A stretch of 62,612 bases of DNA, counting the filler, from Nemertoderma westbladi (lineage: Eukaryota > Animalia > Xenacoelomorpha): NCBI GenBank assembly GCA_032718475.1. It is 3 parts of 3 records of this genome, joined end to end, with 100 filler letters (N's around TTAATTAATTAA, not from the genome) between each part and the next. Parts side by side here need not be neighbours in the genome. Positions count along the whole stretch, not along the records: positions 47,187 to 62,612 come from JAUCBJ010001855.1; 2 more parts are not named here. One strand, written 5' to 3'. Shown in pieces: positions 47,187-60,350 of the stretch (within the stretch, counting starts at the first letter, position 1; every line of letters starts with the position of its first letter). The position numbers and the translations under genes are program-made. The notes under the pieces are model-generated. The model ran no database searches and was not told the origin of the DNA. It was given only the letters and a program-made list of their open reading frames with translations.

Positions 47187-47357
47187 CCGCTAGCTGAATG
47201 GTTACAGCATTAGTAGGACCCCTGCATATATGGCATTGTCTTAGCGGGAAATTAAAATACAAGCCTTGCTATCTTTACTTTTTCATTCATCAGATCTAGT
47301 TTTTTTTAACCTAAAACAAAACAAAAGTAAGTACATGGTACATAGTACATGGTACAT

Positions 47358-48108
47358 GGAATGATGGAGCGAAGGGTGAGTGGAGTGATGGGGCGAAGGG
47401 TGAGTGGAGTGATGGGGCGAAGGGTGAGTGGAGTGATGGGGCGAAGGGTGAGTGGAGTGATGGGGCGAAGGGTGAGTGGAGTGATGGGGCGAAGGGTGAG
47501 TGGAGTGATGGGGCGAAGGGTGAGTGGAGTGATGGGGCGAAGGGTGAGTGGAGTGATGGGGCGAAGGGTGAGTGGAGTGATGGGCGAAGGGTGAGTGGAG
47601 TGATGGGGCGAAGGGTGAGTGGAGTGATGGGGCGAAGGGTGAGTGGAGTGATGGGCGAAGGGTGAGTGGAGTGATGGGGCGAAGGGTGAGTGGAGTGATG
47701 GGGCGAAGGGTGAGTGGAGTGATGGGGCGAAGGGTGAGTGGAGTGATGGGGCGAAGGGTGAGTGGAGTGATGGGGCGAAGGGTGAGTGGAGTGATGGGGC
47801 GAAGGGTGAGTGGAGTGAAGGAGTGAGTGGAGTGATGGGGCGAAGGGTGAGTGGAGTGATGGGGCGAAGGGTGAGTGGAGTGATGGGGCGAAGGGTGAGT
47901 GGAGTGATGGGCGAAGGGTAGTGGAGTGATGGGGCGAAGGGTGAGTGGAGTGATGGGGCGAAGGGTGAGTGGAGTGATGGGGCGAAGGTGTGTAGTGGAG
48001 TGATGGGGCGAAGGGTGAGTGGAGTGATGGGGCGAAGGGTGAGTGGAGTGATGGGGCGTAGGGTGAGTGGAGTGATGGAGTTAAGCATAAGTGGAGTGAT
48101 GGAGCGAA
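47358..48108. repeat. 24-bp G-rich minisatellite, ~31 copies
   Basis: Unit TGGGGCGAAGGGTGAGTGGAGTGA. Confidence 0.95.
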
Positions 48109-48709
48109 GAATACCCAGGATACAACGACAACAACGTAAGATATTCAATCCTATTTCTGCTGCGGCTCGAAAACACATTTTTCCAACATTAGGAATAGTC
48201 CGTATTAAATCTTAATATTTTAACAAAAGACCTGTTCTGAATACTCCGAGCAAAATTCATCAAAATATTGGCGATGATAACTGCTAATCGTGCTATTTCT
48301 TTTGTTTTAACTGGCACTGATAAACAACATTTGAAGGTTGGACATTTAATAGTAGCTCATAGTCATATGGCTCTGGATATTTCTGCCATAGGTTGGAAAG
48401 TTTCATGGGCGAAATTGTGACATCCTATTTCCTTCGCCACGAATGACTGACGACGGTGTTTGGGCCACTACCTTCAGGAGAAAATAAATCTGGAGTCCAC
48501 ATTAATGTTGTTGTTTCTCTGAACCATGAATAAATTAATATCATTAATCTCTTCACATAAACATTTTAACGAATAAATAATAATTAATAAATATTAATAA
48601 ATAATTAATAAGAATTAATAATAATAAATAATAATAACTGCTGCCTTTAAGTAGTACTAATTGCCTGGGCGGTTAATACACGGTAGTATCTGATGCCTAG
48701 GCATGTTGC

Positions 48710-49372
48710 ACTACGGTAGTACTGAGTGTCGCGGCACCAGGTACTACCTGTACAGTATGGTAGTATATTTTTGAGGTAGTACTGTATTACTGCCTGTACA
48801 GTATGGTAGTATATTTTTGAGGTAGTACTGTATTACTGCCTGTACAGTATGGTAGTATATTTTTGAGGTAGTACTGAGTGTCGAGGCACCAGGTACTACC
48901 TGTACAGTATGGTAGTATATTTTTGAGGTAGTACTGAGTGTCGAGGCACCACCAGGTACTACCTGTACAGTATGGTAGTATATTTTTGAGGTACTGTAGT
49001 ACTGAGTGTCGAGGCACCACCAGGTACTACCTGTACATTATGGTAGTATATTTTTGAGGTAGTACTGTATTACTGCCTGTACAGTATGGTAGTATATTTT
49101 TGAGGTAGTACTGTATTACTGCCTGTACAGTATGGTAGTATATTTTTGAGGTAGTACTGTATTACTGCCTGTACAGTATGGTAGTATATTTTTGAGGTAG
49201 TACTGCGTGCCGAGGCACCAGGTACTACTTGTACATTATGGTAGTATATTTTTGAGGTAGTACTGTATTACTGCCTGTACGTACAGTATGGTAGTATATT
49301 TTTGAGGTAGTACTGTATTACTGCCGTACAGTATGGAAGTATATTTTTGAGGTAGTACTGTATTACTGCCTG
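48710..49372. repeat. Compound minisatellite (~46- and ~60-bp variants)
   Basis: CTGTACAGTATGGTAGTATATTTTTGAGGTAGTACTG core with alternative TATTACTGC or AGTGTCGAGGCACCAGG linkers. Confidence 0.9.
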
Positions 49373-50110
49373 TTACACCAAACCTAGATCTACAATATCT
49401 AGAATTTATGTTAGCGTTATTGTTTTTTTATGCTTATCGCGTTTTACTTTCTTAATGTTATGAGATTCCCAGGTGACACATTTCTATTTAGACCAATATC
49501 CAACCATACCCCACGAAACCTATTGATGGCAACTCTTTCGATGATAGTTCTTACACTTTCAGTGGTCCTTTCATCGATGGCGATCCTAAAATTCTCCTCA
49601 ATGACGAACATAACAGTATGGTTAACACCCTAGAGGCAACAACCTTCTAGCGCCGGCTTCTGTGTTGGCTCCATTTCCTCGTTCTCTCATCCATCACATA
49701 CACTGCCCACGTCTATCATTATAATATTATTATTGTAGTGCAATGAAATGTATCTGGTGGTGGGTGAAACACTTGGAAAATAAAATGATTGTTTGATTGA
49801 TGTAGATCTCCCATTCAGGCACTCCATACATACACCTATTGGAAGGACTATTTGAAGGACTTTATGAGTGACTTTGATTCTGATAATTAACTTATCATTG
49901 AAGCATATCGGTATCCAACATAATACTATATATTCTTCACTTATTAGCTATTATAGTGATGGTCTAATTGACATTAATATTTGTATAAAGGCTTCTCTTA
50001 TTTGTAGCATATATACGAACATGTAATCTTTTATGTCAGCTTTGTAGTTCCTTTATTTTTGAGTGCAATCAGCTGTTATTTGCATCCAATTTCCCCCGGA
50101 GAGGGATGAA

Positions 50111-50695
50111 TGTGACGGGATCCGAAAATCCCGGTTTATCCGGTGTCTAATCTACGCGTCCCCGCCGTGTGTATGTGAAAAGAGTTCTGGGTTGTTGAAT
50201 AACTTTGACTATTGTTAATATATATGAGATAGAATATAAGCACAGGTTGAATGAATATAAAGTGAAATAGCAATAACTGAATAAAGTGACTGGCAGTGGA
50301 CGGAGACGGTGATTAGAGTTCCGGTACTGCCCTAACTAACTGACTTACTAAAGAGTGAATGAATGATACAGTAAAATGGTAATATATATTGCACTGGTTG
50401 GCCGTGTTACGTTACTCAGTGGATGCCTTCCCCCCATTGGCTAATAACTCACTTCTCACCCTCTCATCTCTCTGGGAGTGCCTCCCCCCTCTGCTGTCAC
50501 TCTCTCCCTCCCGGAGGTGTAACCTCTGACCCCCGCTGTGTGTGTGTCCCTTTGGGGTTTGTCGCCCCGCTTATTGGGGTGATACAAGGTTGATTGGTAA
50601 TCAACCTTGTACTCCCAATATTGCTTAAGGGTCTCGCTGGCCCAACTTTATGGGGGTTGGTGAGGCGGAATTGAATATGCTCACACTCCCCCCCC
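50111..50695 (-). mobile_element. 3' LTR (50111-50685) with polypurine tract (50686-50695), Ty3/gypsy-like
   Basis: On the minus strand a poly-G tract is followed by TGTGAGC...CCGTCACA (TG..CA, inverted TGTGA ends), with CCAAT and TATA-like motifs inside. It abuts a fragment of the MULE MITE at 50040-50110. Confidence 0.75.
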
Positions 50696-51266
50696 ATGCT
50701 ATCTTCCCGGTGAGAAGATAGCATCAACCTCTAAGTGCGCTTCAATTCCTCAATTCCGCTGGAACTCGATCTACTATCGGGTGTGGGGTGGGGTTATTTT
50801 TTCTTGGAGTCGGCTTTCCAGGCCGCTCCCTATGGGTATGATGTCACTACCCTCTGGCGTCTCGTGTCGGGCCGATCGTGGACTCTCACACAATTTTTGT
50901 TTCCCCAACACTCTCACCACTCTAACTCCGCTCTTACTCTCTCCCACACCTGAATCGCACTCTCCTGCACTCTTTCTCGCCAGCAGCTCCTCTCCATACT
51001 CCTCTACTCTTTATCACTCTCTAAGGGCCTAATCTCTAATGCTACCCCTGGGCTATCATATTATCTACCTTACTACTTACTTGCTAACTATCTAACTCTC
51101 CTACTCTCTACTAACTCTCCGACTCTAACTAGCTCTACTAAGTCTACTAACTCTTACTACTTCTAGCTCTAACTAAAAACCTCTAGCTCTCTAACTCTGC
51201 TGACTCTCTAACTTCTACTAATTCTAACTCTACTGCTACCTCTAACTCTGCTACCACCTCTATCTT

Positions 51267-51977
51267 CGTGGCGCTTGCGGTGCCCACAACCACACTCTGC
51301 TACTACCTCCATCTATGTGGCGCTTGCGGTGCCCACAACCACTCTGCTTACTACCTCTACTCTGCTACTACCTCTACTTCCTCTAACTCTACTACCTCTA
51401 CTTCCTCTAACTCTACTACCTCTACTTCCTCTAACTCTACTACCTCTACTTCCTCTAACTCTACTACCTCTACTTCCTCTAACTCTACTACCTCTACTTC
51501 CTCTAACTCTACTACCTCTACTTCCTCTAACTCTACTACCTCTACCTCTACTTCCTCTAACTCTACTACCTCTACTTCCTCTAACTCTACTACCTCTACT
51601 TCCTCTAACTCTACTACCTCTATTTCCTCTAACTCTACTACCTCTACTTCCTCTAACTCTACTACCTCTACTTCCTCTAACTCTACTACCTCTACTTCCT
51701 CTAACTCTACTACCTCTACTTCCTCTAACTCTACTACCTCTACCTCTACTTCCTCTAACTCTACTACCTCTACCTCTACTTCCTCTAACTCTACTACCTC
51801 TACTTCCTCTAACTCTACTACCTCTACTTCCTCTAACTCTACTACCTCTATTTCCTCTAACTCTACTACCTCTACTTCCTCTAACTCTACTACCTCTACT
51901 TCCTCTAACTCTACTACCTCTACTTCCTCTAACTCTACTACCTCTATCTACGTGGCGCTTGCGGTGCCCACAACCAC
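51267..51977. repeat. 24-bp CT-rich minisatellite bracketed by GTGGCGCTTGCGGTGCCCACAACCAC direct repeats, in the LTR element interior
   Basis: CTCTACTACCTCTACTTCCTCTAA units; the 26-bp motif lies at ~51268, 51317 and 51952. Confidence 0.9.
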
Positions 51978-52859
51978 TTTACTGCTAAACAATATTTTTT
52001 TCAAATAATGTTATAAGATTCCCAAATGTACAATTTTTAAATCTTATGTCTTTCACACCGCACATAATATGGTCTGTACAACCATGGGGGGGGGGGGGGG
52101 GGGGGGATGGGACAAAATAAGTAAGTAAGGACAAAATATCTGGCCAGAATGGGGACAATGACCTATTTGACTCGGTGAAATGACAAAATTTGACCATGAA
52201 GTTCTCACTTTTTGACCTTTTCTGCCTATACACAATCAATGTAGACCCTCTGTGTACCACATACTGTATATTGTACTGTATATAGTGCAGTGCAATATTA
52301 TGCTACAGTAGTAAGAGTAAGTAAGACAGCGAAACAAAATAAAAAACAAATAAAGATGTGAACGACACCAAGGTCATTGCATCATTATTAAAACTTTCAT
52401 AGACCTCGGTAACATGTTAGGCCTTAATGAAATTCCCTAAAAACCACATGCAGATACTTAACACCAGTTTTAACAATTTCAGTTTCAATAACATTGACGC
52501 AATCATGGTGGTGGTGTCAGATATAATCTCAAAAATGTGTCCCAATTCCAAGGTCCATCAAACATGCCACCCAAAATTATAAAATTAATAGATTAATTAA
52601 TAGTGGTTTAAACAGACGATTAAACCGAGCTGTTTATTCGAAAATGAGAAGATTATTAAACTTACACGTTCTCCCTATAAACACTTTACAAATCCCAATT
52701 ATCGTAAAACAATATATAGGCCTACCGGTGTTGCAGACCAGTATACCCCCCTAAAAATTCTCCCCCGGTTAAAATTCACAAGTGTATTTTGAACTCTCGG
52801 TTAGAATTCACTAGGGTACAGGGAACAGGGGTAGTAGGGTCAGGATGGAATTGCTACAT

Positions 52860-52950
52860 GAAACTTTTCACATTCCCTTTCCTTGTTTATGTTAACGACA
52901 TTGCTGCATCTCAAGATCTAGAGCTCATTCAATATGCCGACGTCACGCAA
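52860..52950 (+). mobile_element. Small LINE RT remnant
   Basis: FLVYVNDI...LIQYADVT, a degenerate YADDT. Confidence 0.6.
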
Positions 52951-53119
52951 CAGTACGTCAGTACGATATATTTCAAACTCAGATCATCACATAGCCACCC
53001 AATTGGGGCAATTGCTATCGGATGGCATAGTCATGGTATTAACAGATCAGAGGCCATGAGGAGGTAAATTGCGGACATACAAGGTATCAGATAGTATTTC
53101 CAGGTCTATCTTTTACCTG

Positions 53120-53192
53120 AGCCGCTAGCTGAATGGTTAGAGCGTCAGACTTCCAACCCGGAGTTCGCCAGTTCGATCCCACCTGGACGTCA
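53120..53192 (+). mobile_element. tRNA-derived SINE head
   Basis: A-box TAGCTGAATGG and B-box GTTCGATCC; a partial copy lies at 47187-47210; stems do not close. Confidence 0.6.
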
Positions 53193-54452
53193 TTGACGAC
53201 GTTGCAAAAGCTGTGCCCAACAAAATGTTGTAATAATGTTATAACAATACCACGCATTCACCAATAACACCAATAATATATATATATATATGATATATAA
53301 AGACCAAAATGGGTACAGTACAACCTGACTGGCAAAGTATATACTAGAGACGGGCCTAGCAGCCCATGAAGCAAGTCGTAGGAGACAGTACGAGTCAAGT
53401 AAAAGCTTTTTGTTCTGTCTGATAATTAATTAGTGTGAGGGTAGTCCCGGTGGTGTACGAGAAATTTTCTAGACAACTTCGAACTATAATTATGATGTTG
53501 TAATCATCTAATGAATTATAAAAGCTGTTGTGATTATAGAAGATAGAGGGCAGTTAGCGAAATGATTATTGTGTTCTATCGGATAGAGTAGTCAGAGTCT
53601 CAGAGAGGAGTCGAGGTGTCAATTGATTAATAATAATAACAGCAGTTGTCATGAATACAATACAATCGCGCACAAGAAGTGATAAGACAAATTCGTTCTT
53701 ATTTTTGTAATAAATAAAACAAGTTGAGATGTTTAAATGTAAGCCGCGGTTAACAATTTACACTGTTCAATGTAAACCACGATATTAATTAAATACAACA
53801 ATTATATTATTATTATAACAGATTTTTATATTTCAAACTATAATGTTATCCTTATGGAGAATCATTATGAGGCTGAGTATACATTCAGCCTTATAAATAT
53901 ACTATTTGTTTAAATTTGTTTTAATTAAGTTTTAATTTTTATTTGTATTAATGTTGGCACAAAGATCTTAAAATGAAACAATAATTAGATGAGAGCTAGA
54001 GAGCACAGTACAATCAATAGTAGCCAACACACTGTGTAACTAAAAGTCATTTAGCTTGCACGCCAATTAATTAATATAGCAAGGATGCATTGGGAAGAGT
54101 TATTCAGCTGAGACTGTAATAGCCAGCTAAACCAGTTAATTTTTGCTTACAGTCTGGGTTGTAGAGTAGAGTGATAATACTTGGCACAGAAAGTACTTCT
54201 TTGTTAGTTGGTCCTTCCTATTGAATGCATTACCAGGTCATCACTATACATTTGTCATGAGTGCCAGCTGGGTTTTTATCATTGCGCCTATGGGAATTTT
54301 CGTGTTTTGGTGCTATTTTTCGAAATAAAACAAGTTGAGATGTTTCAATTTAATCCGCGATTTCACAAGTACCCATAGAAATCTATTTTCATGGTCCATG
54401 CAAAATTTCATCAAAATCGTTTGATGAAATGTTTGAGCCGTTTTTGCTCTAG

Positions 54453-54546
54453 GTCAGTAGCAAGTAGCCAGTAGCCAGTAGGCAGTAGCCAGTAGCCATT
54501 AGCCAGTAGGCAGGAGCCAGTAGGCAGTAGCCAGTAGTCAGTAGCT
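54453..54546. repeat. 7-bp repeat (CAGTAGC/CAGTAGG)
   Basis: Visible tandem units. Confidence 0.85.
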
Positions 54547-55188
54547 TTTTTTTCTTACAGTAATCAAGTCTAACGACTTGCTAATAATATATAAAACCAA
54601 ATAGAAACCAGCCTCCTATCAAAAATGTACCCCACCTACAAATAAACATTAATAACTGCACGAATAACTATCCTACTGTATATTATTAGAAAATACAGGA
54701 CTTTTAGTCCGCCGAAAGGGGTAATTCTACATACAAAATTTAATAAAAATAAAGGGTTTCAGGATTTCAACACTCTACCCAGAGAAACACATCTCCATCG
54801 TCAGCAGTGTACTGTGAGTCCCTAACCCTATCTTAATACAGCACAGTACCAATTGACCAATATAATACAGGAAATGAAACCAAATACTGAAATAGAGAAA
54901 TAAACAAATCAGACCGGTAGTAAATAGATGAAACCCAAAAACTGATACCACTAAAGCCTAAATAAAATACATGCAACCAAAATAAGAATGAACCCAAGTG
55001 AGAATAATGACCAAATAGGGTACTACTATATCTATATCTAACCTGCATAATAAATTATTTACACATACAAATTATATATATGATATATATATATATAATA
55101 CAGCTGCAATACAGCATGCCGATAGTAGTAGTAGTAGAGTCACACCCAAATGCCAACATTTTCTAAATCACTTAACTCAATATTAGTG

Positions 55189-58092
55189 CTACTACTACTA
55201 CTACTACTACTACTACTAGGATCGGCATGCTGCATTGCAGCTGCATTTTTAAGAACGCTATGCCAGCTTGTCGACAAATTTGCGCCAGATACAACTCCCC
55301 ATCACCCATGACATTTGCTAGATCATCCGCATTCTTCAAGGCCAGTGTCCTTTAACCCTATTAAACCCGGGGGGGGGGGGGTCAATATGACCCCTCCCGT
55401 GGTTTTTTTATTATAATTCTGAAACAAACGCAGTTGGGAATCTGAAATTTTATGACTTTTCCTAAAAATCTATTGTCTTCCTAGTAGTGAAAACCGTTTT
55501 CAAAAATATTGGGTACTTTTCGAGTTATAGCGCCATTTTTTAACCCTACTTTTGGCACTTTTTTTGAGACGTTTTTTGAAAATTACATTTCATTAAATAT
55601 GAATTGTAACATCTCTATTTTTGATTTACACCGGTTTTTTGGTGTTAGAAATTGGATGGAATTCATATAAATTGATTTAGAAATTTCAAACTTGTTTTTT
55701 TCGGTGGGTGCCAAATTTTGGTGCCAGCACCAAATTTTGAAATATGTCAATTTTGTAAATTGATTGTTTGAAACTTGTTTTTTTACGCAATTGGGGTTTT
55801 TTGGGGTTCTGGATTCGATAAAATATATACGAGTTGCACCAAGCGTATCAAACTTGTATTTTTTCGGTGCTGTGTGCAAATTTTGGTGCTAGCACGAAAT
55901 TTTGAAAATCCATTCAATAGATAAAATTGCTTGTGACAATTTATTTCTTGCGTTTTAGAGGTTTATGGCTGTTCTGAATTCAATGGCATATATAATTATC
56001 GAACTAGACATCTCAAACTTGTATTTTTCGGATGTGGGTGCAAAATGTGGTGCTAGCACCAAATTTTGAAAACCATCAAATAAATCAATTGATTGGTGTC
56101 ACCTTGTTTCTTGCGTTATAGGGGTTTGTGATGGTTCTGAATTCAATGGAATCAGCAAAAATTTCATAAGAGTTCTCAAACTTGTATTTTTCGCCGGTGG
56201 GTGAAAATTGTTGTGCCAGCACCAAATTTTGGAAAATATGCAAATTGATCAGTAGATAGTATCACCTTGTTTCTTGCGTTACACGGGTTTATGAGGGTCC
56301 TGAATCCGATGGAATCAATAAAAACAGCACTGGACATCGCAAACTTGTACTTTTTGGTGATGGGTACGAAATTTGGTGCTAGCACCAAAATTTGCCAAAT
56401 TACGCCGAAAAATACAAGTAGCAATGATCTGGCATATTAGAAATGTATTCCATTAGAATCAGGGCCCTCGAAAACCTGAAAATGTGAATTTATAGCATCG
56501 TATAAGTGAATTAAAAATTTTGTGTTCTAACTGAAAAGTGCTGGTTACTTGTTTTTTTCATTTTTTTCCTACGCAGAGAGGACTAAACAGCCATTTATAG
56601 TAATCATATCATTTTTAAATATTTTCCAATGTATTTTGCGCCCCAGAAAACCTTTATTGAAAAATAATTAGCCGAAAATGTAACTTTCAAATTTTGTGAA
56701 AATTGTGCACTACTTGTAATTTTGGTGCTGCAATATAACCACCCCAGTACATTTTTTCGAAGATTTTTTTTTTCGGTCGGATCTAGACAAGTGATACCTA
56801 CGTACAAACAAAAAATCAGACGTTTTCGTAAATATTTGTAGATTTTAGAGGGGGGGGTCAATATGACCCCCTCCCGGTATTTGTACAACATTTTATAGCC
56901 CGGTACTAATAGGGTTAAGATGCGTCTCAAGAAAGTCATGGGCTGTCCACCATGCTTATTCACTCCATGAGGCTGCCAAAGTACAGGATTATGCACTGGC
57001 TGGTCCTCACGGCGAAAGCAATGTCCTGCAAAGCGGAGGCGATTTTGTTCTAGTGTCAAGCTTGGGGTAACCAATGAGACACCTCCAATGTTATATAGTG
57101 TCTGGTTGGAGATGTGTGCATTGTACTTGACACAATGAACCCGCTTGTGAATGTGCCATCCAGAGATTTGGTGTCTTCAGCAGTTAGAGCCCAGCATGGA
57201 CTCCCATAGAAGAGTACTGGAACTACTGCTGCTCTAAATAATCGGACCTTAAGTTTCCGATTAATTCTCGGTGACTTCCAAATCCTGGAAAGCCTATTCA
57301 AGGCTGCCCATGCCTTTCCCTTACGTATTCGAAGGTCCTCACCTGATTTCCGGATCCATGATCCCTGGTAACAGAAGTCGTCCACATGCTCAAGCATACC
57401 ATCCTTTGAGCTTATGCTCATCCGCTCAGAGACTTGTTGAGTACTTTCAAAGTTAACTGTCAAAATTTTGGTTTTTCTGGAGTTAATATTTAGTTGAGGA
57501 GCCTTTGGGTTCCCTCTAGTGTTTCTGAGAGTACTCTTAAGTCATCAGCAAAGTCTAGATCAGTTAGGTACTTGGTAGGATTTCCTCGACTTCTGGAGCC
57601 AGTAGGTGGAGTTATCATCACCCCATCATCATTATGATGATCTAAGGACATGCGTAGAACATAGTCAACCACAATAATGAACAAGAATGGTGCAAGTGTG
57701 TCTCCTTGGAGGACGCCCCATAACACTTCAAATGGTTCTGTGTCACCGTCAACAGTAGACACAAATGTTGTCAAACCATCGTATACTGATCTGATTGCTG
57801 CAATAATTTCATCAGGAATCCCATATAATGAAAGTATACTGAACATACGTGAGCGAGAGACTGAATCAAAGGCCTTGAAGAAGTGAACAAAGATAACAGC
57901 CAGATGCATGTCTTTCTTTTTTGATAACTCTTCAATTATCCTTCTAAGTGCCAAAATGGGCTCCATGGTCCCACGACCTTTATGGAACCCATTCTGATTT
58001 CCACGGAGCAGTCTCTCAATGGGATCTCTGATGCGATTTAATATAATTCTATTGTATAGCTTTGCAGCAATCGAGATCAATGAGATTCCCCG
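55189..58092 (-). mobile_element. RTE-clade LINE (RT domain plus 3' end), interrupted by a MITE
   Basis: RGISLISIAAKLYN, NQNGF, KAFDSV, GVLQGDTLAPFLF and LDFADDL. The 3' part matches 4939-5671; (GTA)n tail at 55189-55218. Confidence 0.92.
55356..56914. mobile_element. Non-autonomous piggyBac-like element with ~163-bp internal tandem repeats
   Basis: TTAA TSD (55352-55355, 56915-56918) and CCCTATTA / TAATAGGG ends. The paralogous LINE at ~5080 shows the empty site CCTTTAAGATGC. Confidence 0.92.
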
Positions 58093-58302
58093 AAAAGAAA
58101 AGAATATTAATTCACTATATGTTTATTAGCAATTTTTCATACATTTAGCTGCATATTCTTGATATGAATGCTATATCAAGAAGCTGCACAGCTTCTTGAT
58201 ATGATGATATTCGTCATCTGCAAACAAGGTTCTGCTTACCCAGTGTTTTTAGAACAAATTGATTTCTGGAATTGAAATGACCTTATATCTGTAGAAGTTC
58301 AA

Positions 58303-58410
58303 TAAATCCAGCCAATATCCTAACTGATCTAGACTTTGCTGATAACCTAGGAGTACTCACAGAATCACTAGAGCAAGCCAAAAGGCTCCTCAGCTCATTA
58401 GCACAGGGTG
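58303..58410 (+). mobile_element. Fragment of a related RTE LINE in the opposite orientation
   Basis: LTDLDFADNLGVLTESLEQAKRLL versus LTDLDFADDLRVLSETLEGTQRLL. Confidence 0.75.
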
Positions 58411-59126
58411 CTTGTCGTTGTTGAGATATTGTTGGTCTTCAAATGGTGAATATAATTGGTGTTATCAATTATATGAGTCAATATTATGATGAAGGTTATA
58501 GCTGATGGTAGCGAATGGCATATTTCTAGAAGTTTCTCTATGGGGTGGCAACTAGTTCCAGCAAACCATATGTTGGAAACTGGCATACCACACACGTGTC
58601 AATGAGGACTGAGACCATTATTGTGGTGGAGACAAGTGTTGTGCAAGTGTTACATTTATTCACACTAATTTGTTGCATTGATTTACCCGGGAGTATTGGG
58701 GACTTCCCTGGATGAGGATGTTGTCTTCCTTTCAATCTACCCTAGCTGAAAGGCATCTTTTACCATTATTCGCTCCATGGTATAACAGATGAATTTATTA
58801 ATTAAAAATATTTTTATTTTTTTATATGTGTTTATTGTATGTTGTATATTTATTATTGATTTGAGACTTATTTTTCATAGCCAATGTTTTCATAAGAGGT
58901 ATTATAGAATTTGGCAAATATCATCGTGGACAAAGATACTGGATATTTACAATTATTCGTTTCGCCATTGGCAACTTTAGACGTTAATTTATATATTATT
59001 ACATGTTAATAATAATATATTAATAATTAACAATGATATATTGACATATCTGATATAATCTAATATATCATCGTGTAAGTATTATTTTTTACAGACAATA
59101 TATTTTGCTAATTCGTTACATTGTAG

Positions 59127-59482
59127 ATGACTGTGGTCCTGAATCCAATTGGCCATTGAGTATCCAGTATGGAGCCAATGAGAAAGTTGGGAATCTAAAT
59201 GGAAATGTTAAAGGTGGACCATCATTTGGACCAGGACCAGCAGGAGTTAACAACCAGGCAATAAATTGTCACAAGGGCTATATCACAATCCACCATGGAG
59301 TCGAGTTGCTCTCAGAAACATTTACAATGGTAGCATTTATTAAATCCCAATTCGCTGCTGATTTTGGTCCTATTTTTGAATTTGGGGATCCTAATAAAAG
59401 AGGTTCTCATATGTGGATATGGCCTGACTCAACCACCCTTTGGTACAACAAGTGGAATGGTCCGTCTCTAATATCAATCTAA
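59127..59482 (+). pseudogene. Truncated duplicate of the LamG-like exon
   Basis: AG acceptor at 59125-59126. Very similar to 59619 onward; ends in a (CTAATATCAAT)x3 repeat. Confidence 0.7.
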
Positions 59483-59618
59483 TATCAATCTAATATCAAT
59501 ATTAATGTACATGCTGTGCATTGTACATAATGTATATAAGATTAATTGTCATTTCTTTATATATTTTAGAAATTGGTAAATAATAATTATGAAACCCATT
59601 TAATAATTTTTCTCATAG

Positions 59619-60289
59619 ATGACTGTGGTCCTAAATCATTCTGGCCATTGGGTATCCAGTATGGAGCTAATGATAAACTTGGGATTCTAAATGGAACCGT
59701 TAAAGGTGGACCATCATTCGGGCCAGGACCAGCAGGAGTTAACAACCAGGCAATAAATTGTCATAATGGCTACATCACCATCCACCATGGAGTCGAGTTG
59801 CTCTCAGAAACATTTACAATGGTAGCATTTATTAAATCCGAAACTGTTGGTCCTATTTTTGAATTTGGGGATCCTAATAGATTAGGTTCCCGTATGTGGA
59901 TTAACAAGAGTCCAACCACTCTTTGGTACGACAGTGTGAATGGTGTGTCTCCAACACAGTTTAGAATGGACAATGCGATTGAAATAAACCTGTGGTATAT
60001 GGTGGCTTTTGGAGTCAATGCTCTAGAGAAGAAATTGATATTCTACAGCCAAAAAGTGGGAAATCAAGATTATCTGCGATTGGAGTTAGGTACTCCATCA
60101 ACAGGTCGACTTTCTGGAGATTCCAGAACCCTAACGATAGGGAAAGAACCAAGTGAGAATAAATTGTTTGAAGGATACATAGCCCATGTTCGGTATTACA
60201 GCTGTTATATATCAGATATTCAGTTGGAGGCTATTTATGAAGAAAGCTTACAGAATGAAGTGCGGGTTGGAAGTTCAGAAGGTTTGTAA
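59619..60289 (+). CDS. Terminal exon encoding a LamG/concanavalin A-like domain
   Basis: AG acceptor at 59617-59618 (phase 1). Motifs WPL..GPSFGPGP..FTMVAFIK..GPIFEF..INLWYMVA..LTIG..FEGYIAHVRYY. Upstream exons were not identified. Confidence 0.8.
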
Positions 60290-60350
60290 ATGAAAATATA
60301 ATATTTATTATAATTGTTGCTAATATTGTTGATGATGAAATGCAATTCAC

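Noticed and set aside
47306-52008. ORFs 47306..48178, 51268..52008 and 51275..51988 as mucin-like genes
   Set aside because: They are minisatellite translations with no signal peptide or unique domain.
53120-53192. Functional tRNA genes here, at 20805 and at 44603
   Set aside because: A and B boxes are present but the acceptor and anticodon stems do not pair; SINE heads are more likely.
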